Positions 1 through 11,200 are shown, counted from the first letter of the stretch. The stretch: DNA of 32,874 nt from Euryarchaeota archaeon UBA596 (GCA_002498205.1 DAGQ01000015.1:1-32874); one strand, 5' to 3'. Numbers and translations are program-made. Notes: a model not told the origin generated them from the letters alone.

Positions 1-1200
1 CCACATATAAATTCCTTTAGATGCTTCTCCCTGAAATCCTCCCGGACAAGAATCATTTGTTATTCTCCCCTCACCAAATAATTTTTTAGCACCATCTTTT
101 TCTACTTTTTCTATGGTTTTAAGAAAATCAGATCCATATTTTTCAGAAAGCATTGGTCCATATATTACTCCTTCATATTTGGAGGAATCTCCAATTGGCG
201 TAGCAATGACTTTTTCCATGAATTTAGCCATAAACTCTTCATAAATATCTTCATGTAAGATTAGATTTCCTAAACTTGTGCAGCGTTGTCCAGCAGTTCC
301 AAATGAAGCCCAATATGCTCCTTGAACGGCATTTTCCATATCAGCAGAGGGCATAACAACAAGTGGGTTTTTACCTCCTAGTTCCAGTGAACATGATACT
401 AGATTTCTTCCACAAACTTCACCAATCTTTTTACCAACCTCTGTACTTCCAGTAAAACTTATTTTGTTTATTTTACCTTCATCAACAGCATCAATAATGT
501 ATTGACCTGCTCCACTACCTTTTCCGTGAACTAAATTAATTACACCATTAGGTAGTCCAGCTTGATGCATTATTCTAGCTAATGCAAATGAGAGAAGTGG
601 GGCATCTTGCGGAGACTTCCAAACACAGGTGTTTCCACACATAATTGCTGGAATCATTTTCCAGAATGGAACAGCGGATGGAAAGTTACAAGCATTTATG
701 ATTCCGCAAACCCCCAAAGGTCTTCGATATGTGAATAATTCTTTGTTAGGTAATTCAGAATTAACAGTTTGTCCATAGAGTCTACGGCCTTCAGATTGGA
801 AGAATAGACACGTATCAATCGCTTCTTGGATTTCTCCACCACATTCTTTTATTGTTTTACCAATCTCACGTGACTGTAGACGGACTAAATCCTCTTTATG
901 GTCCATTAACAAACGGCCCATATTTCCAATAATTTGACCTCTAGTGGGGGCTGGAGTGTTTGACCATTTTGTAAAAGCAGTTCTCGCTGCGGAAATTGCA
1001 TCGTCAACATCTTGTTTTGTTGATAAGGGGAAAAATCCTAAACAATCATTTTTGTTTGCTGGATTAATACTTTCAAATGTTTTTTGATCACTTGCGACTT
1101 TTAATTGTCCGTTAATAATATTGTATCCTTTAACACATGGTAAATTAGTTTCGTTATTAGATTCAATGAAGTCTAAACCGGTTTCAAGTACAGCGGGCAT
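1..1200 (-). CDS. NAD(P)-dependent aldehyde dehydrogenase (3' end runs off the window)
   Basis: Not in the ORF track because there is no stop in the window. Manual translation from ATG at 1200: MPAVLETGLDF...FESINPANK...WSNTPAPTRG...REIGKT...RRPLGVCGIINACNFP...FTGSTEVG...LELGGKNP...FGTAGQRCTS, with ALDH catalytic Glu and Cys motifs; frame open to base 1. Confidence 0.95.
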   Translation of the reverse strand, partial: MPAVLETGLDFIESNNETNLPCVKGYNIINGQLKVASDQKTFESINPANKNDCLGFFPLSTKQDVDDAISAARTAFTKWSNTPAPTRGQIIGNMGRLLMDHKEDLVRLQSREIGKTIKECGGEIQEAIDTCLFFQSEGRRLYGQTVNSELPNKELFTYRRPLGVCGIINACNFPSAVPFWKMIPAIMCGNTCVWKSPQDAPLLSFALARIMHQAGLPNGVINLVHGKGSGAGQYIIDAVDEGKINKISFTGSTEVGKKIGEVCGRNLVSCSLELGGKNPLVVMPSADMENAVQGAYWASFGTAGQRCTSLGNLILHEDIYEEFMAKFMEKVIATPIGDSSKYEGVIYGPMLSEKYGSDFLKTIEKVEKDGAKKLFGEGRITNDSCPGGFQGEASKGIYMW

Positions 1201-1309
1201 AGCACGTCCGAAACAACTCACAATGATGAACTTGATGTAATTAAGGCACTTAGAAAACAGTGGGTTTAAGGATTCCCTAAATTTAACCATGTATGTCGGA
1301 GAGAGGATT
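1201..1309. promoter_or_regulatory. Divergent promoter region ALDH / cdc48; TATA-like TTTAAG at 1265-1270, purine-rich GGAGAGAGG before ATG 1310
   Basis: Short intergenic region between head-to-head genes; motif position only. Confidence 0.45.
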
Positions 1310-3562
1310 ATGGCTTCTAAAGGTTCAGATGTATTACAATTGAGGATAGCTAAAGCAATACCTAGTGATGTAGGTTTTGGTAGGGCAAGAATTTCGAGTG
1401 ATAATGAACTTGGTTTGAAACCAGGCGATATTATTGAAATCAAAGGAGAAACAGGAATGACTGCTGCAACCTATTGGAGAAGTCGCCCTGAAGATAGTAA
1501 AATGGATATTGTCCGGATAGATGGGATAATTAGAAAAAATGCTGGAGTATCTTTAGGAGATAAGGTAGAGATACGTAAGGTAGATGTTGTCCCTTGTAAA
1601 AAATTAGTACTTTCACCAGTAATGGTAAATAAGCAAAATAAAAACAAACCTTCTGCAATGCAATTTGGGCCTAATATCGAAGGATTTGCTAGGAGGGGTT
1701 TGAATAAAAGACCAGTAGTAGCAGGAGATAGAATCTTTATTCCAGGAATTACATTATTTGCTGAGACATTACCTTTTGCCGTTCGTTCTACAACACCAAA
1801 AGGAATCGTTCAAGTATTGCCAGAAACTGAAATCGTCATTAAAGATGAACAAGTAGATGAAGAATCATCTGCTGATTCAGAGGGAATTACTTATGAAGAT
1901 ATTGGGGGGATTGGAAACCAATTACAAAAAGTCAGAGAAATGATCGAGTTGCCATTAAAACACCCAGAATTATTTCGTAGATTAGGAATTAGTCCACCAA
2001 AAGGAGTATTGCTTCATGGACCTCCTGGTACGGGTAAAACAATGATCGCAAAAGCGGTTGCAACAGAAACAAATGCACATTTTAAATCAATAAATGGACC
2101 CGAGATTATTAGTAAATATTATGGAGAATCAGAAAAACAACTTAGAGAGATTTTTGATGATGCTGCTGAAAATTCTCCAGCAATAGTTTTCGTTGATGAA
2201 TTAGATAGTATTGCACCAAAACGTGAAGATGTTACCGGAGAAGTTGAACGAAGAGTAGTAGCTCAATTGTTAACTTTAATGGATGGAATGCAAGGTCGTG
2301 ATAATATTGTTGTGATTGGAGCAACCAATCGTAGAGATGCGATAGACCCTGCCTTACGTAGGCCTGGTCGATTTGATAGGGAGATTGAAGTTGGAGTACC
2401 AGATAGAAACGGTAGGGCAGAAATTGTAGATGTACATACAAGAGGTATGCCTTTAAGTGATGATTTTGATATTGAATGGATTTTAGAGAACACTTACGGA
2501 TTTGTAGGTGCGGATGTTTCTGCATTAGTCAGAGAGGCAGCTATGAAAGCATTGAGGAGATATCTTCCTGAAATAGATTTAGATGCTGAAGTAATTCCAC
2601 CAGAAGTATTAGAAAAAATGGAAGTAGTAATGGAAGATTTTAAGCTAGCTATTAGGGAGGTTGAACCTAGTGCACTAAGAGAAATTTATGTTGAAATCCC
2701 AGAAACAGGTTGGGATAAAGTAGGTGGTTTAGAAGAAATTAAAAACAGACTCAAAGAAAGTGTCGAGTGGCCACTAACAAAGCCTGAATTATTTGATCAT
2801 TTTGGGATTAAACCACCTAGGGGAATTGTATTATTTGGTGCGCCTGGGACTGGAAAAACATTGTTGGCAAAAGCGATTGCAAATGAAGCCAAAGCGAATT
2901 TTATATCAATCAAGGGACCCGAAATGATTAGCAAATGGGTAGGTGAATCAGAAAGAGGGATTAGAGAGATATTTAAGAAAGCAAAACAGGCATCACCGTC
3001 TATTATTTTCCTTGATGAATTTGAAAGCATTGCTCATTCTAGATCATCAGGAGGAATGGATGGAGGTGGAACTCAATCTGGAAATAGGGTTGTAAACCAA
3101 TTACTCGCTAGTATGGATGGCATAGAATCTTTAGATGGTGTCATTGTAGTTGCTGCAACAAATAGACCGGAAATGATAGATCCAGCCTTGATTAGAAGTG
3201 GTAGATTTGAAAGAGTATTACATGTGCCTCCGCCAGATGCAAAAGCAATCAAAGAAATTTTTAAAATTCATAGTGAAGGAATGCCATTAGGGAAATTCAA
3301 TCTTGGAGATATTTCAAAGAAGATGATAGGATATACTGGAGCAGATGTAGAATCAGTATGTAGGGAAGCAGCATTAACTGCCATGAGAGAATCCAAGAAA
3401 ACCGTAACAAAGACGCATTTTGAGAACGCATTGAATATGGTAAGACCTACAGTTAATGATGATATGTTAGAATACTACAAGAAAATGGAAGCTTTACTTG
3501 TTAGTGGATTAAGTACTGTTCGTAGAGGAAAGGATACACAAAGAGGTATGGAATCAGTTTGA
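1310..3562 (+). CDS. cdc48: CDC48/VAT family AAA+ ATPase (N domain + D1 + D2)
   Basis: N domain ([28 protein letters not shown]); D1 GPPGTGKT / VFVDELD / [10 protein letters not shown]2 GAPGTGKT / IFLDEFE / RSGRFER. Start is ATG 1310 (SD-like upstream) or ATG 1289 as in the track. Confidence 0.96.
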   Translation: MASKGSDVLQLRIAKAIPSDVGFGRARISSDNELGLKPGDIIEIKGETGMTAATYWRSRPEDSKMDIVRIDGIIRKNAGVSLGDKVEIRKVDVVPCKKLVLSPVMVNKQNKNKPSAMQFGPNIEGFARRGLNKRPVVAGDRIFIPGITLFAETLPFAVRSTTPKGIVQVLPETEIVIKDEQVDEESSADSEGITYEDIGGIGNQLQKVREMIELPLKHPELFRRLGISPPKGVLLHGPPGTGKTMIAKAVATETNAHFKSINGPEIISKYYGESEKQLREIFDDAAENSPAIVFVDELDSIAPKREDVTGEVERRVVAQLLTLMDGMQGRDNIVVIGATNRRDAIDPALRRPGRFDREIEVGVPDRNGRAEIVDVHTRGMPLSDDFDIEWILENTYGFVGADVSALVREAAMKALRRYLPEIDLDAEVIPPEVLEKMEVVMEDFKLAIREVEPSALREIYVEIPETGWDKVGGLEEIKNRLKESVEWPLTKPELFDHFGIKPPRGIVLFGAPGTGKTLLAKAIANEAKANFISIKGPEMISKWVGESERGIREIFKKAKQASPSIIFLDEFESIAHSRSSGGMDGGGTQSGNRVVNQLLASMDGIESLDGVIVVAATNRPEMIDPALIRSGRFERVLHVPPPDAKAIKEIFKIHSEGMPLGKFNLGDISKKMIGYTGADVESVCREAALTAMRESKKTVTKTHFENALNMVRPTVNDDMLEYYKKMEALLVSGLSTVRRGKDTQRGMESV

Positions 3563-3571
3563 GGTGATCAT

Positions 3572-3817
3572 ATTAGTATTACTGTTTTTGGATATGAACT
3601 TGTAGGTAGAGAAGTTTTTGATAAAAGTGAAGAATTGCTAGGAATTGTTACTGAGATACATATAAATTACACTAATGGTGGTGTTGAATTCATCTGTGTT
3701 AAGTTAGAAAAAGGAATAAATTCAACTAAATTACCTTGGACTGCTAAAGATAATATTGTACAGGTTCCTCCCAGTGAAATTGAACGGTTAGAAGGCTCAA
3801 TTTTCTTAAGAAGATAG
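3572..3817 (+). CDS. PRC-barrel domain protein (probable non-canonical ATT start)
   Basis: The frame extends upstream of the track's TTG (3635): ISITVFGYELVGREVFDKSEELLGIVTEIHINYTNGGVEFICVKL...VQVPPSEIERLEGSIFL matches the PRC-barrel pattern (L.G.eV.d..g..lG.V.di.i....G.v..i.v). SD GAGGTGA at 3561-3567. Confidence 0.75.
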   Translation: MSITVFGYELVGREVFDKSEELLGIVTEIHINYTNGGVEFICVKLEKGINSTKLPWTAKDNIVQVPPSEIERLEGSIFLRR

Positions 3818-3861
3818 CGTAATCATAACCCAGTAAGCGTATTAAAGCAGTCAATACCGTC

Positions 3862-3889
3862 GCACTGTTAGCGCTTAAGCGCTGGGTGC
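3862..3889 (+). promoter_or_regulatory. Perfect 14-bp palindrome AGCGCTTAAGCGCT (3870-3883) within a longer stem-loop upstream of the DUF4350 operon
   Basis: Palindrome read directly; flanking GCAC(3862-3865)/GTGC(3886-3889) extend the stem; TATA-like TATTAAAG at 3840-3847. Confidence 0.5.
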
Positions 3890-3894
3890 TGATT

Positions 3895-5535
3895 TTGGTT
3901 AGAAAGAGTTTCAAAAAATATCAACGCCGCGCTTTAATTTCAAGTTTTTATATTGCACTCTTATTCCTTGTATTTCTTTTACTTTCGAGTTATGTAAACT
4001 TAGGAAATGCAAAACAACTTTCTGCTTACGACAATGATTGGGACGATATTTCAGAATTTAGGAAAGAAATTTCTGATTTGGGAATTAGTACAAAAAGTTT
4101 AGTTTCAAGTCCTCTATTGTTGAATGAAATCGAAAACCCAGTTAATACTACGTTTGTGATTAGTGGTATAGAGAAAGATACATTTTCATTACCTTCCATT
4201 GGTTCTGATTCCTCATTTATTAGTTTTAGTGAACCCGAAGGGTATAGTACTTCTGAAATTTCTGCCATTACTAGTTTTGTAGAAAGAGGCGGTACAGTAA
4301 TTGTATTGGATGATTTCGGTTATTCTAGTGGAATTGCAGATGCTGTTGGAATTAGTTACAGTAATCATAGACTATATGATGATGAATATGCTGTTGAATT
4401 AGATTACAATTATGTTTGGATGAATATTAGTCAAAATCATACCGATTGGGAAGATTCAGAAGAATTCCATATAGGCCATTCAAGATGGCATCAAGGAACA
4501 GACCCTACAGGTACTGGAATGCATCCTTGTTCACGTTGGGCTGAAAGCGAAATTACATTTGCTACAAAGGAAGAAGCAGGTTTATGTGGGCATCATTATA
4601 ATTCAACAAGTAAAATGATAGAGTATAATTATGATTACGACTTATTACTTAATGCTCCTTCAGCATTCGAATCTATTGAATTTTCTGGGGCTTTTTCATA
4701 TTATGAAGCAGTAGGTCGTTCTAGCCCTCAATCTTATTTAGACTTGAATAATGATGGAAAAATTACTCTTGAAACTGAAACTGCTCAAACAGAAGCTGAT
4801 GCACAGGGGCCTTTTGACGTCTATATTGAAACCTGTGATTCTTCCGATTGTGCAGATTCTAGTGGAGGTAGAATCTATTTCATTAGTGATGGAAGTGCCT
4901 TAATTAATGCAATTTACAGTTTTGATTCAGCAAATTCAGGAGATTTTGATGAAGATGGTAAATCAATAACAAATATTCCAGCAAACGATAATAGGAAATG
5001 GGCTTTAGATGTAATTGCAGAATCCGCCTTAACAGCTAATAATTTTACAAATAAAGATGCAATATTTGCAAGTAGTGACGCAATGGTAATTTTTGACGAA
5101 AGTAGACATAGTCAAAATGTCTTATTCACAGATGCTTATAATTTAATTTACTTCTTATTAGTATATTTGACAGGAGATGGAATTGGGATGTTATTATTAT
5201 TCATCTTGTTATTTTTGGCATTCGAAGCAGTTTTAATCAAAAAAACAGATCCTGAACCTTGGAGGCATATTTTTAACATAATTTATTATGGATTTGGTGA
5301 TGCAAAAAGATATGGGTATTATACGCGTACTAACAAAATTAAACAAGTATTTTTATCAAGAGTAAGAAATTTAAATGCGCTATCCAGAGAAGAATTTGAT
5401 CGCATGCCTGCTCAAGAATTACAAGATTTGATTAAGGATCCAGTGTTAGTAAAATTTGTTTTTGAAAATAAAAAGTATGATCTTGAACAAACCGTAGCGA
5501 TTGTTAAAAGAATTAAAGGATGGCAAAAGGGTTGA
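3895..5535 (+). CDS. DUF4350-like membrane-anchored protein (N-terminal TM, large extracellular domain, C-terminal TM region)
   Basis: LSAYDNDWDDISEFR, YSTSEISAITSFVERGGTVIVLDDFG, GRIYFISDGSALIN, VIFDESRH are typical of DUF4350 proteins; precedes DUF58. Start is TTG 3895 (GGGTG 6 nt upstream) or GTG 3886. Confidence 0.7.
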   Translation: MVRKSFKKYQRRALISSFYIALLFLVFLLLSSYVNLGNAKQLSAYDNDWDDISEFRKEISDLGISTKSLVSSPLLLNEIENPVNTTFVISGIEKDTFSLPSIGSDSSFISFSEPEGYSTSEISAITSFVERGGTVIVLDDFGYSSGIADAVGISYSNHRLYDDEYAVELDYNYVWMNISQNHTDWEDSEEFHIGHSRWHQGTDPTGTGMHPCSRWAESEITFATKEEAGLCGHHYNSTSKMIEYNYDYDLLLNAPSAFESIEFSGAFSYYEAVGRSSPQSYLDLNNDGKITLETETAQTEADAQGPFDVYIETCDSSDCADSSGGRIYFISDGSALINAIYSFDSANSGDFDEDGKSITNIPANDNRKWALDVIAESALTANNFTNKDAIFASSDAMVIFDESRHSQNVLFTDAYNLIYFLLVYLTGDGIGMLLLFILLFLAFEAVLIKKTDPEPWRHIFNIIYYGFGDAKRYGYYTRTNKIKQVFLSRVRNLNALSREEFDRMPAQELQDLIKDPVLVKFVFENKKYDLEQTVAIVKRIKGWQKG

Positions 5536-5541
5536 TAAAAA

Positions 5542-6795
5542 ATGTGGACAAGAAAAGCAGCATTTAGTATTACAGGAGGCATCTCTTTAGTTTTGATTGG
5601 AATGATGATTTCAAACTTCCAATTGATGGTAATTGGGTTAACTTTTATTGCATTTACAGTATTAAATGGATGGATTAAGGGACATGGAAATGTCGAGGTT
5701 CAGAGAATTTTATCAGCAGATAATTTGTATAAAGGTGACGATTTATTTGTTGAATTAAGAATAACTAATCGTTCAATGAGGCGTACTCAGCAATTAGAAA
5801 TTTATGATAACGTACCCCATGAGATGAAATTAAGAAGTGGATTAAATTACATGAGAGTGAATTTAGGACCTGGCCAAAGTACTAGAATTAGATATTCTTT
5901 AAGATGCCCCCTCAGAGGTCATTATTCAATAGGGCCAATTAGTATTAGATTCAGAAATACATTCAATTTATTTGCGCAAGAAATGTTTGTTAGCCACCAT
6001 AGTGATTTAATTGTTTTTCCACAAGTTAGAGATGTTGAAGAAGCCTTTATTCGAAGTAGGACTCCAAAAATGTACACTGGTGCTTCAACTTTAAGAACAC
6101 CAGGTCCAGGTTCTGAATTTTACAGTCTGAGGGAATATGTTACTGGTGACCCATTTAAGAATATTAATTGGAAAGCATTCGCTAGAACAGGAGAGTTAAT
6201 GGTAAATGAAAAATGTCGTGATGCTGTAACTGATTTATTTATTATTTTAGATAGTAGAGATATTAGTAGAATTGGAACGGTTCTCAAAAATCCACTTGAA
6301 ATGGGTGCGGTTGCAGCAGCATCTTTAGCATCTTTTTTCATTCAGAGACGAGATAGTGTAGCCCTCGCAATTTATGATGATGGGGTATCATATCTTCCAG
6401 CAGATACTGGAGATAAACAATATTTCAAGATACTAAGTAGTTTAGCTGGGGTTGTACCTAAGGGTTCTATGCCCCTTCAAGCCGTAACAAATTCACTATC
6501 ACCAAGATTTAGTAGAGGATCTCCTGTATTCATAATTAGTAGTATAGAAGGAGACGGAACAGTTCCAAATGCAGTTAGAGATTTAGTTGGAAGAGGTCAT
6601 GAAGTGACAATATTATCTCCGTCAAGTTTAGACTTTGAAAGATTAGTTAGTAGGATTCCTAGAATGAGTTATGAAGTTTTAAAACTTGAACGACAAAATA
6701 GGTTAACAGGTTTAGCAGGCTTTGGAGCATCAGTAATTGATTGGATGCCAGATGTAGAATTATCACAAGCATTATTGCAGGTGAAGGATGTTTGA
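5542..6795 (+). CDS. DUF58 domain protein (vWA-like, usually MoxR-associated)
   Basis: N-terminal TM pair, Ig-like region (RGHYSIGP, LIVFP), signature EFYSLREYVTGDPFKNINWKAFARTGELMVNE. Confidence 0.92.
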   Translation: MWTRKAAFSITGGISLVLIGMMISNFQLMVIGLTFIAFTVLNGWIKGHGNVEVQRILSADNLYKGDDLFVELRITNRSMRRTQQLEIYDNVPHEMKLRSGLNYMRVNLGPGQSTRIRYSLRCPLRGHYSIGPISIRFRNTFNLFAQEMFVSHHSDLIVFPQVRDVEEAFIRSRTPKMYTGASTLRTPGPGSEFYSLREYVTGDPFKNINWKAFARTGELMVNEKCRDAVTDLFIILDSRDISRIGTVLKNPLEMGAVAAASLASFFIQRRDSVALAIYDDGVSYLPADTGDKQYFKILSSLAGVVPKGSMPLQAVTNSLSPRFSRGSPVFIISSIEGDGTVPNAVRDLVGRGHEVTILSPSSLDFERLVSRIPRMSYEVLKLERQNRLTGLAGFGASVIDWMPDVELSQALLQVKDV

Positions 6796-6806
6796 GGTGA
6801 TGAATT

Positions 6807-8000
6807 ATGGCAGATGATGTACAACCTCAACAAGAAGGAATGCGAACGCTACATTTAAGATTATTAAGAATTCAATGGCAAGTAGTTACTTTACAACTAA
6901 TTAGTACGATTGCATTACTTTGGATGTATCTAAAAATGGTGGATTTGTATATTGTAGATTCAATTGATCATGCTATGGCCATCCAATTTTTTGATACTCA
7001 ACTAAATTCAGCTAATTTAGAAATGCCATTACCCGCATGGTTGACGGGGGAAGAAGCGATAGGGCTTACTAGATTTTATCCAATAATGGTTCTAAGCATT
7101 GTAATTGGCGGGGGTATGGCAGCATTAACATTTCAAAATCCCGTAATTCAGCGCAGAGTTCGTTTAGGATTATTACTAGCATTTGTATTATGGTTATTTG
7201 GGCCGTTTTTATTAAAATGGTTATTTTCAAATTTTGGAAAAGGAGATTGGTGGATTCCTCCAGATGAATCTGTAGAGTCACTTTTCAAGGGGGTAATAGT
7301 AGTACTAGAAGTTATTTTAATTGGAATTTATATTCTACCTTTAGTCATGGGAATTCGAGGAGTTTGGGGTCTTTCTAAAGGTGCTATTGCATGGGCTACA
7401 GGAATTATGTTACTATTCTTAATTTTGCATGCATTATTGACTTTCCAAATTGTCGAGGATTTATTATTTGGAGTTTCAGGAGATGGTTTAAAGAAGATAC
7501 CTTCTTTGGCAGGAGACCCTACAATTTTAGGATTAATTAGTCCTAATCAATTCAGTCTTTTACAACTTTCATTACTCTTAATAATTTTCCAAGAATCCTC
7601 TATGGGGGTCATCCGTTATCTTGAATATGCATTTAGATTACCTGAAACATGTAAAAAAGATCCAGAATATGTGACACAATTCTACAATTTATTAAACGGA
7701 CATATGGTTCAAACTATTGTATTAATGACACTTTGTGGAATTACAACAATTATAGCATTAGGCTTCCATACTCTTCTTCTTTCTATTGTAGCATCATTAC
7801 CTGGAGACGGTCAATGGGCATATCAAATTCAAGAATCTATTGAATTAGAATTAACTTATGGTGTAGTAATTTCAGCCCTATTATTCTTATTATTGTTAGC
7901 AGGATTAAGATACATATTACCGTGGCAAAGAATTAGTGGATTCGTAGAATCATTATCTCAGAAAAACGTAGAAAACCCTCCCGTTCAAGAGGAAATTTAA
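6807..8000 (+). CDS. Polytopic membrane protein of unknown function (about 8 hydrophobic segments)
   Basis: 397-aa ORF, SD GAGGTGA overlapping the DUF58 stop, multiple TM-length hydrophobic stretches. Confidence 0.8.
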   Translation: MADDVQPQQEGMRTLHLRLLRIQWQVVTLQLISTIALLWMYLKMVDLYIVDSIDHAMAIQFFDTQLNSANLEMPLPAWLTGEEAIGLTRFYPIMVLSIVIGGGMAALTFQNPVIQRRVRLGLLLAFVLWLFGPFLLKWLFSNFGKGDWWIPPDESVESLFKGVIVVLEVILIGIYILPLVMGIRGVWGLSKGAIAWATGIMLLFLILHALLTFQIVEDLLFGVSGDGLKKIPSLAGDPTILGLISPNQFSLLQLSLLLIIFQESSMGVIRYLEYAFRLPETCKKDPEYVTQFYNLLNGHMVQTIVLMTLCGITTIIALGFHTLLLSIVASLPGDGQWAYQIQESIELELTYGVVISALLFLLLLAGLRYILPWQRISGFVESLSQKNVENPPVQEEI

Positions 8001-8248
8001 TTTTTAAAATACTGAATAAATCTACCAATTATTTCTGCTATTGAAAGTGCTAATAATGGAGCAATACATGTGCTAAAGAATAGATTTAACCAAAAGTAAT
8101 CCTCAAACTCATTCCAAATTGAATATGTTAAAAAAATAGTTAGAATTACCGAAAACATTAATCCGACTCTTTCTAAAAAAATTGGATATTTTTTTCCACT
8201 AATTTCTGTTCTTCCCATTAATGTGAGCTCATTAAGCTCTTCTTCCAT
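7997..8248 (-). CDS. Small membrane protein (2 TM helices)
   Basis: 83 aa, two hydrophobic segments; SD GAGGTGA 6 nt upstream of ATG, overlapping the stop of the upstream gene. Confidence 0.75.
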   Translation of the reverse strand: MEEELNELTLMGRTEISGKKYPIFLERVGLMFSVILTIFLTYSIWNEFEDYFWLNLFFSTCIAPLLALSIAEIIGRFIQYFKN

Positions 8249-8259
8249 TATTTTTCACC

Positions 8260-11200
8260 TCAAATCTCGAAATTCTCAAATTCATTATTTAATTCGTTTA
8301 AAGGATCTTCTTCTTCTTCCTCAGAACTAATATTTCTGCGTTCCCAAGCATGATCTAATTTTGCTAATTCAGCATCAATTGCAATACGATTATCTTCCTC
8401 AATAATATCATCTTCATTATTATTTTCTTCATTAACTTCCTTAGAAGTGATGATTTCCATAGAAGTCCAGCCATCTTCGTCATTTACTGTCTCATTGCTA
8501 ACTTCAACACTTTCAGAATTACTAGCATTATGTGGATTTAATTCACGTATAATTTCCTCAGATACGGAAGGCCTTTCCGATTCTAATTTAATATCTTCAT
8601 GAGGCAGTAGGCCATTTTCTTGAAACCTCCATAGTGATGTTGGTTTTTTAGAACTAAATGTAAGGCCTGTTTCATCTAGTTGTTTCATTGCTTCATCTAA
8701 TGAATTTGCAGTTTTCTCCATAACTACTGCCACACCAGCATCTCCTTGATCAGCTTCTAAGAATATTGAATCTAGTGCAGATTGAATCGTTTCACGTAAA
8801 TTATTTGCTATATGGGGTAATGCTTCAGGCCTATTACATAATGCTTCAAGCCTATATAGAGTTTCTTTTGGAACTCCCAATTCTTCAAGTTGTGTAATCA
8901 TTTGTCTCATTTTTCTCAATAATGTTGTTGATCTTTCAAATTCATCTAGCAATCCTTCTAAATCTAAAACAACTAATTGAACAATTTCTTTTAATTTACT
9001 TTCAAGGCGTTGACGTACAGACCAATTAGTCAATCCTCTAATTGTACTAGCAGTTTCTGGAGTTTGTGATTGTAATAAATCCATAACTTCTGATGATAAT
9101 AAGTATCTGGGGGTTTTTGCAACATTATCTACATTATGTTGAATAATTGTTAAACCTCTTTCTATGGCTCTATCCATCAAAGTTAAACTATATCCAAGCT
9201 CTCTCATCCGATCTAACCTTTGCATTATTGGTGCAAGAGACGAGAAACCATGATCTTGACCTAACAATGCCTGAGCTAATGGTTCATCACGTAATTTTGC
9301 TCTAATTACATTTGCTTCATCAATATCAGATAATGCTGCATCATGTGCATCCTTCAAAGATTCAGCAGTTGAAATCAAATTATTTACTTCAGTTTCAGCC
9401 TCTGATCGTCTTCCACTTAAATCACCTAATTCTCTCATTAATCTACGCCTTTCTTCATGTAATTCTTTTACTTCAGCGTGTAAATGTCCTAATCTTCTTT
9501 CGGAATCTAAGAAATAAGATCTTTCTTCTTCCATTAATTTTCTATGGGATGCAGCTTCTGCATCTAAATCTTCTAATTCTTTATTTTGACTTTCTATTCT
9601 ACGTTCTAATTCATTTGAAATTGCAGTAGCTTGGCGATGTCTTTCTCTTTGTGATTCAAGTTGGTCAGCGACCATTCTATGTCTCCTGTCATCAGCATCA
9701 ATAGATGCTCTTAGTTGTCTTAATCTAATATCTCCCGCTTCAACTTCTGATTTTAATCTAATTTCCTGTTCTGAAAGTTCACTTACCATTCTTTGTAATT
9801 TCTCGCGACTTTCAGATTCACCTACAGCTTGAGCTAATTCTTCAATTCTATGTTCTACCTGATTTTCTAATTCTTTAATTCTATGAGTGAGACTCTCATT
9901 ACGACTTAATGCTAATTCTTGACCATTAGTAGACTCTCTTAAATCCACTTTTAATTGTGAAATTTGATCAACATTATCAGTATTTAATTTTTGCATCTCT
10001 GAGATTCTTGCCCTCATTCCATCTACTTCAACTTTAGAAGATTCATATGATGCTTTAACATTATCACGTTGTCTTTCCATTTTAGCGACTTCTTTAATTA
10101 ATCGTGCTTGTTCTTGTTTTATTTTATCAAACTCTTTAGAATCAATTACAGAAGTAGGCATTAACATTGTTCCACTTTGTGCTTTTGGAAGTAATTTCGC
10201 TCCAGTAGATTTATTCTCTTTCAACGTCCATTCTCCAAGATCTTTTGATAAGTCTTCAATTCCAATTGCAAAACCAAACATTTTCATTAATCTTTTATTT
10301 ATTTGTTTTTCTCTATCTTTTGATCTAGTTCTTGATTTAGCAATATTGTCACAAAATGAATTCAAAGTAAACTTTTTAGTAGTATTCAAATGTTCTTTTA
10401 ATCTTTCAATTTTTGGTAGAGAATATAGTGTTAATTTTGCTTTGGGTGCCGTTGAACTGTAAGCAACATCCTTCATTGATAGTGGTTTAATGGAACGCGC
10501 ACCTACAGGAATCCCTTCACTAATTAAAATATCTAAAACATCTTTTTCATTTTCAACTCTGATATAACCACTTATTGATTCAGAATTTCCTCTTGACAAC
10601 ATTGAAAGTAAATTGTCTAAACCACCTTTACGTTCAAGTGTATTAAGTCCTTCTTCAAGCATACTTCCATCATCATCAGCAATATTTGACATGGGCATTG
10701 AATTTAACTTTGCCATTGAATCAATTAGTATTGCATCATGGTCTGCGCCTTCTGAAACCCATGCTACAATATCTAAATCATCAACTCTCATCATTAAAAG
10801 TGAACCATCTTGCATATGTATTGTAACTCTATTTAATGTAGGTAATTCTAATTTATTTACTACTTTTGATGAACGATCTAATTCAGATTTGATTGTGCTT
10901 GCTAAATTTTCAACATCTACAGGCAATTCTCCTTTTGAATGAATAGTCATGCCTTTTTGAGAAGCTAGTGCCCCTATTACAGATGATCTTTCTGTAAGTG
11001 TGTCTACGAATGAACTTGCTTGTAATGAATCAAATCCACTAGAGAATGAGTGTTTTGCTGTAATTCCAGTTAAGGACGAAATATCATAGAATGCTGCGGG
11101 AACTAATAGCGCAACCTCAGCGAATTCTTTTTGTGACCAAGTAGATCTTACAGTTCTTAATTTATTCTTATTACTTACTTTTTTAAGTTCGTCTATGGCC

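Noticed and set aside
3560..3562. cdc48 TGA as selenocysteine or programmed readthrough
   Set aside because: The same TGA-in-GAGGTGA stop/SD overlap occurs at 6793-6800 and near 8260 where the next gene has its own ATG, so it is ordinary translational coupling; no SECIS-like element seen. Kept only as a minor alternative.
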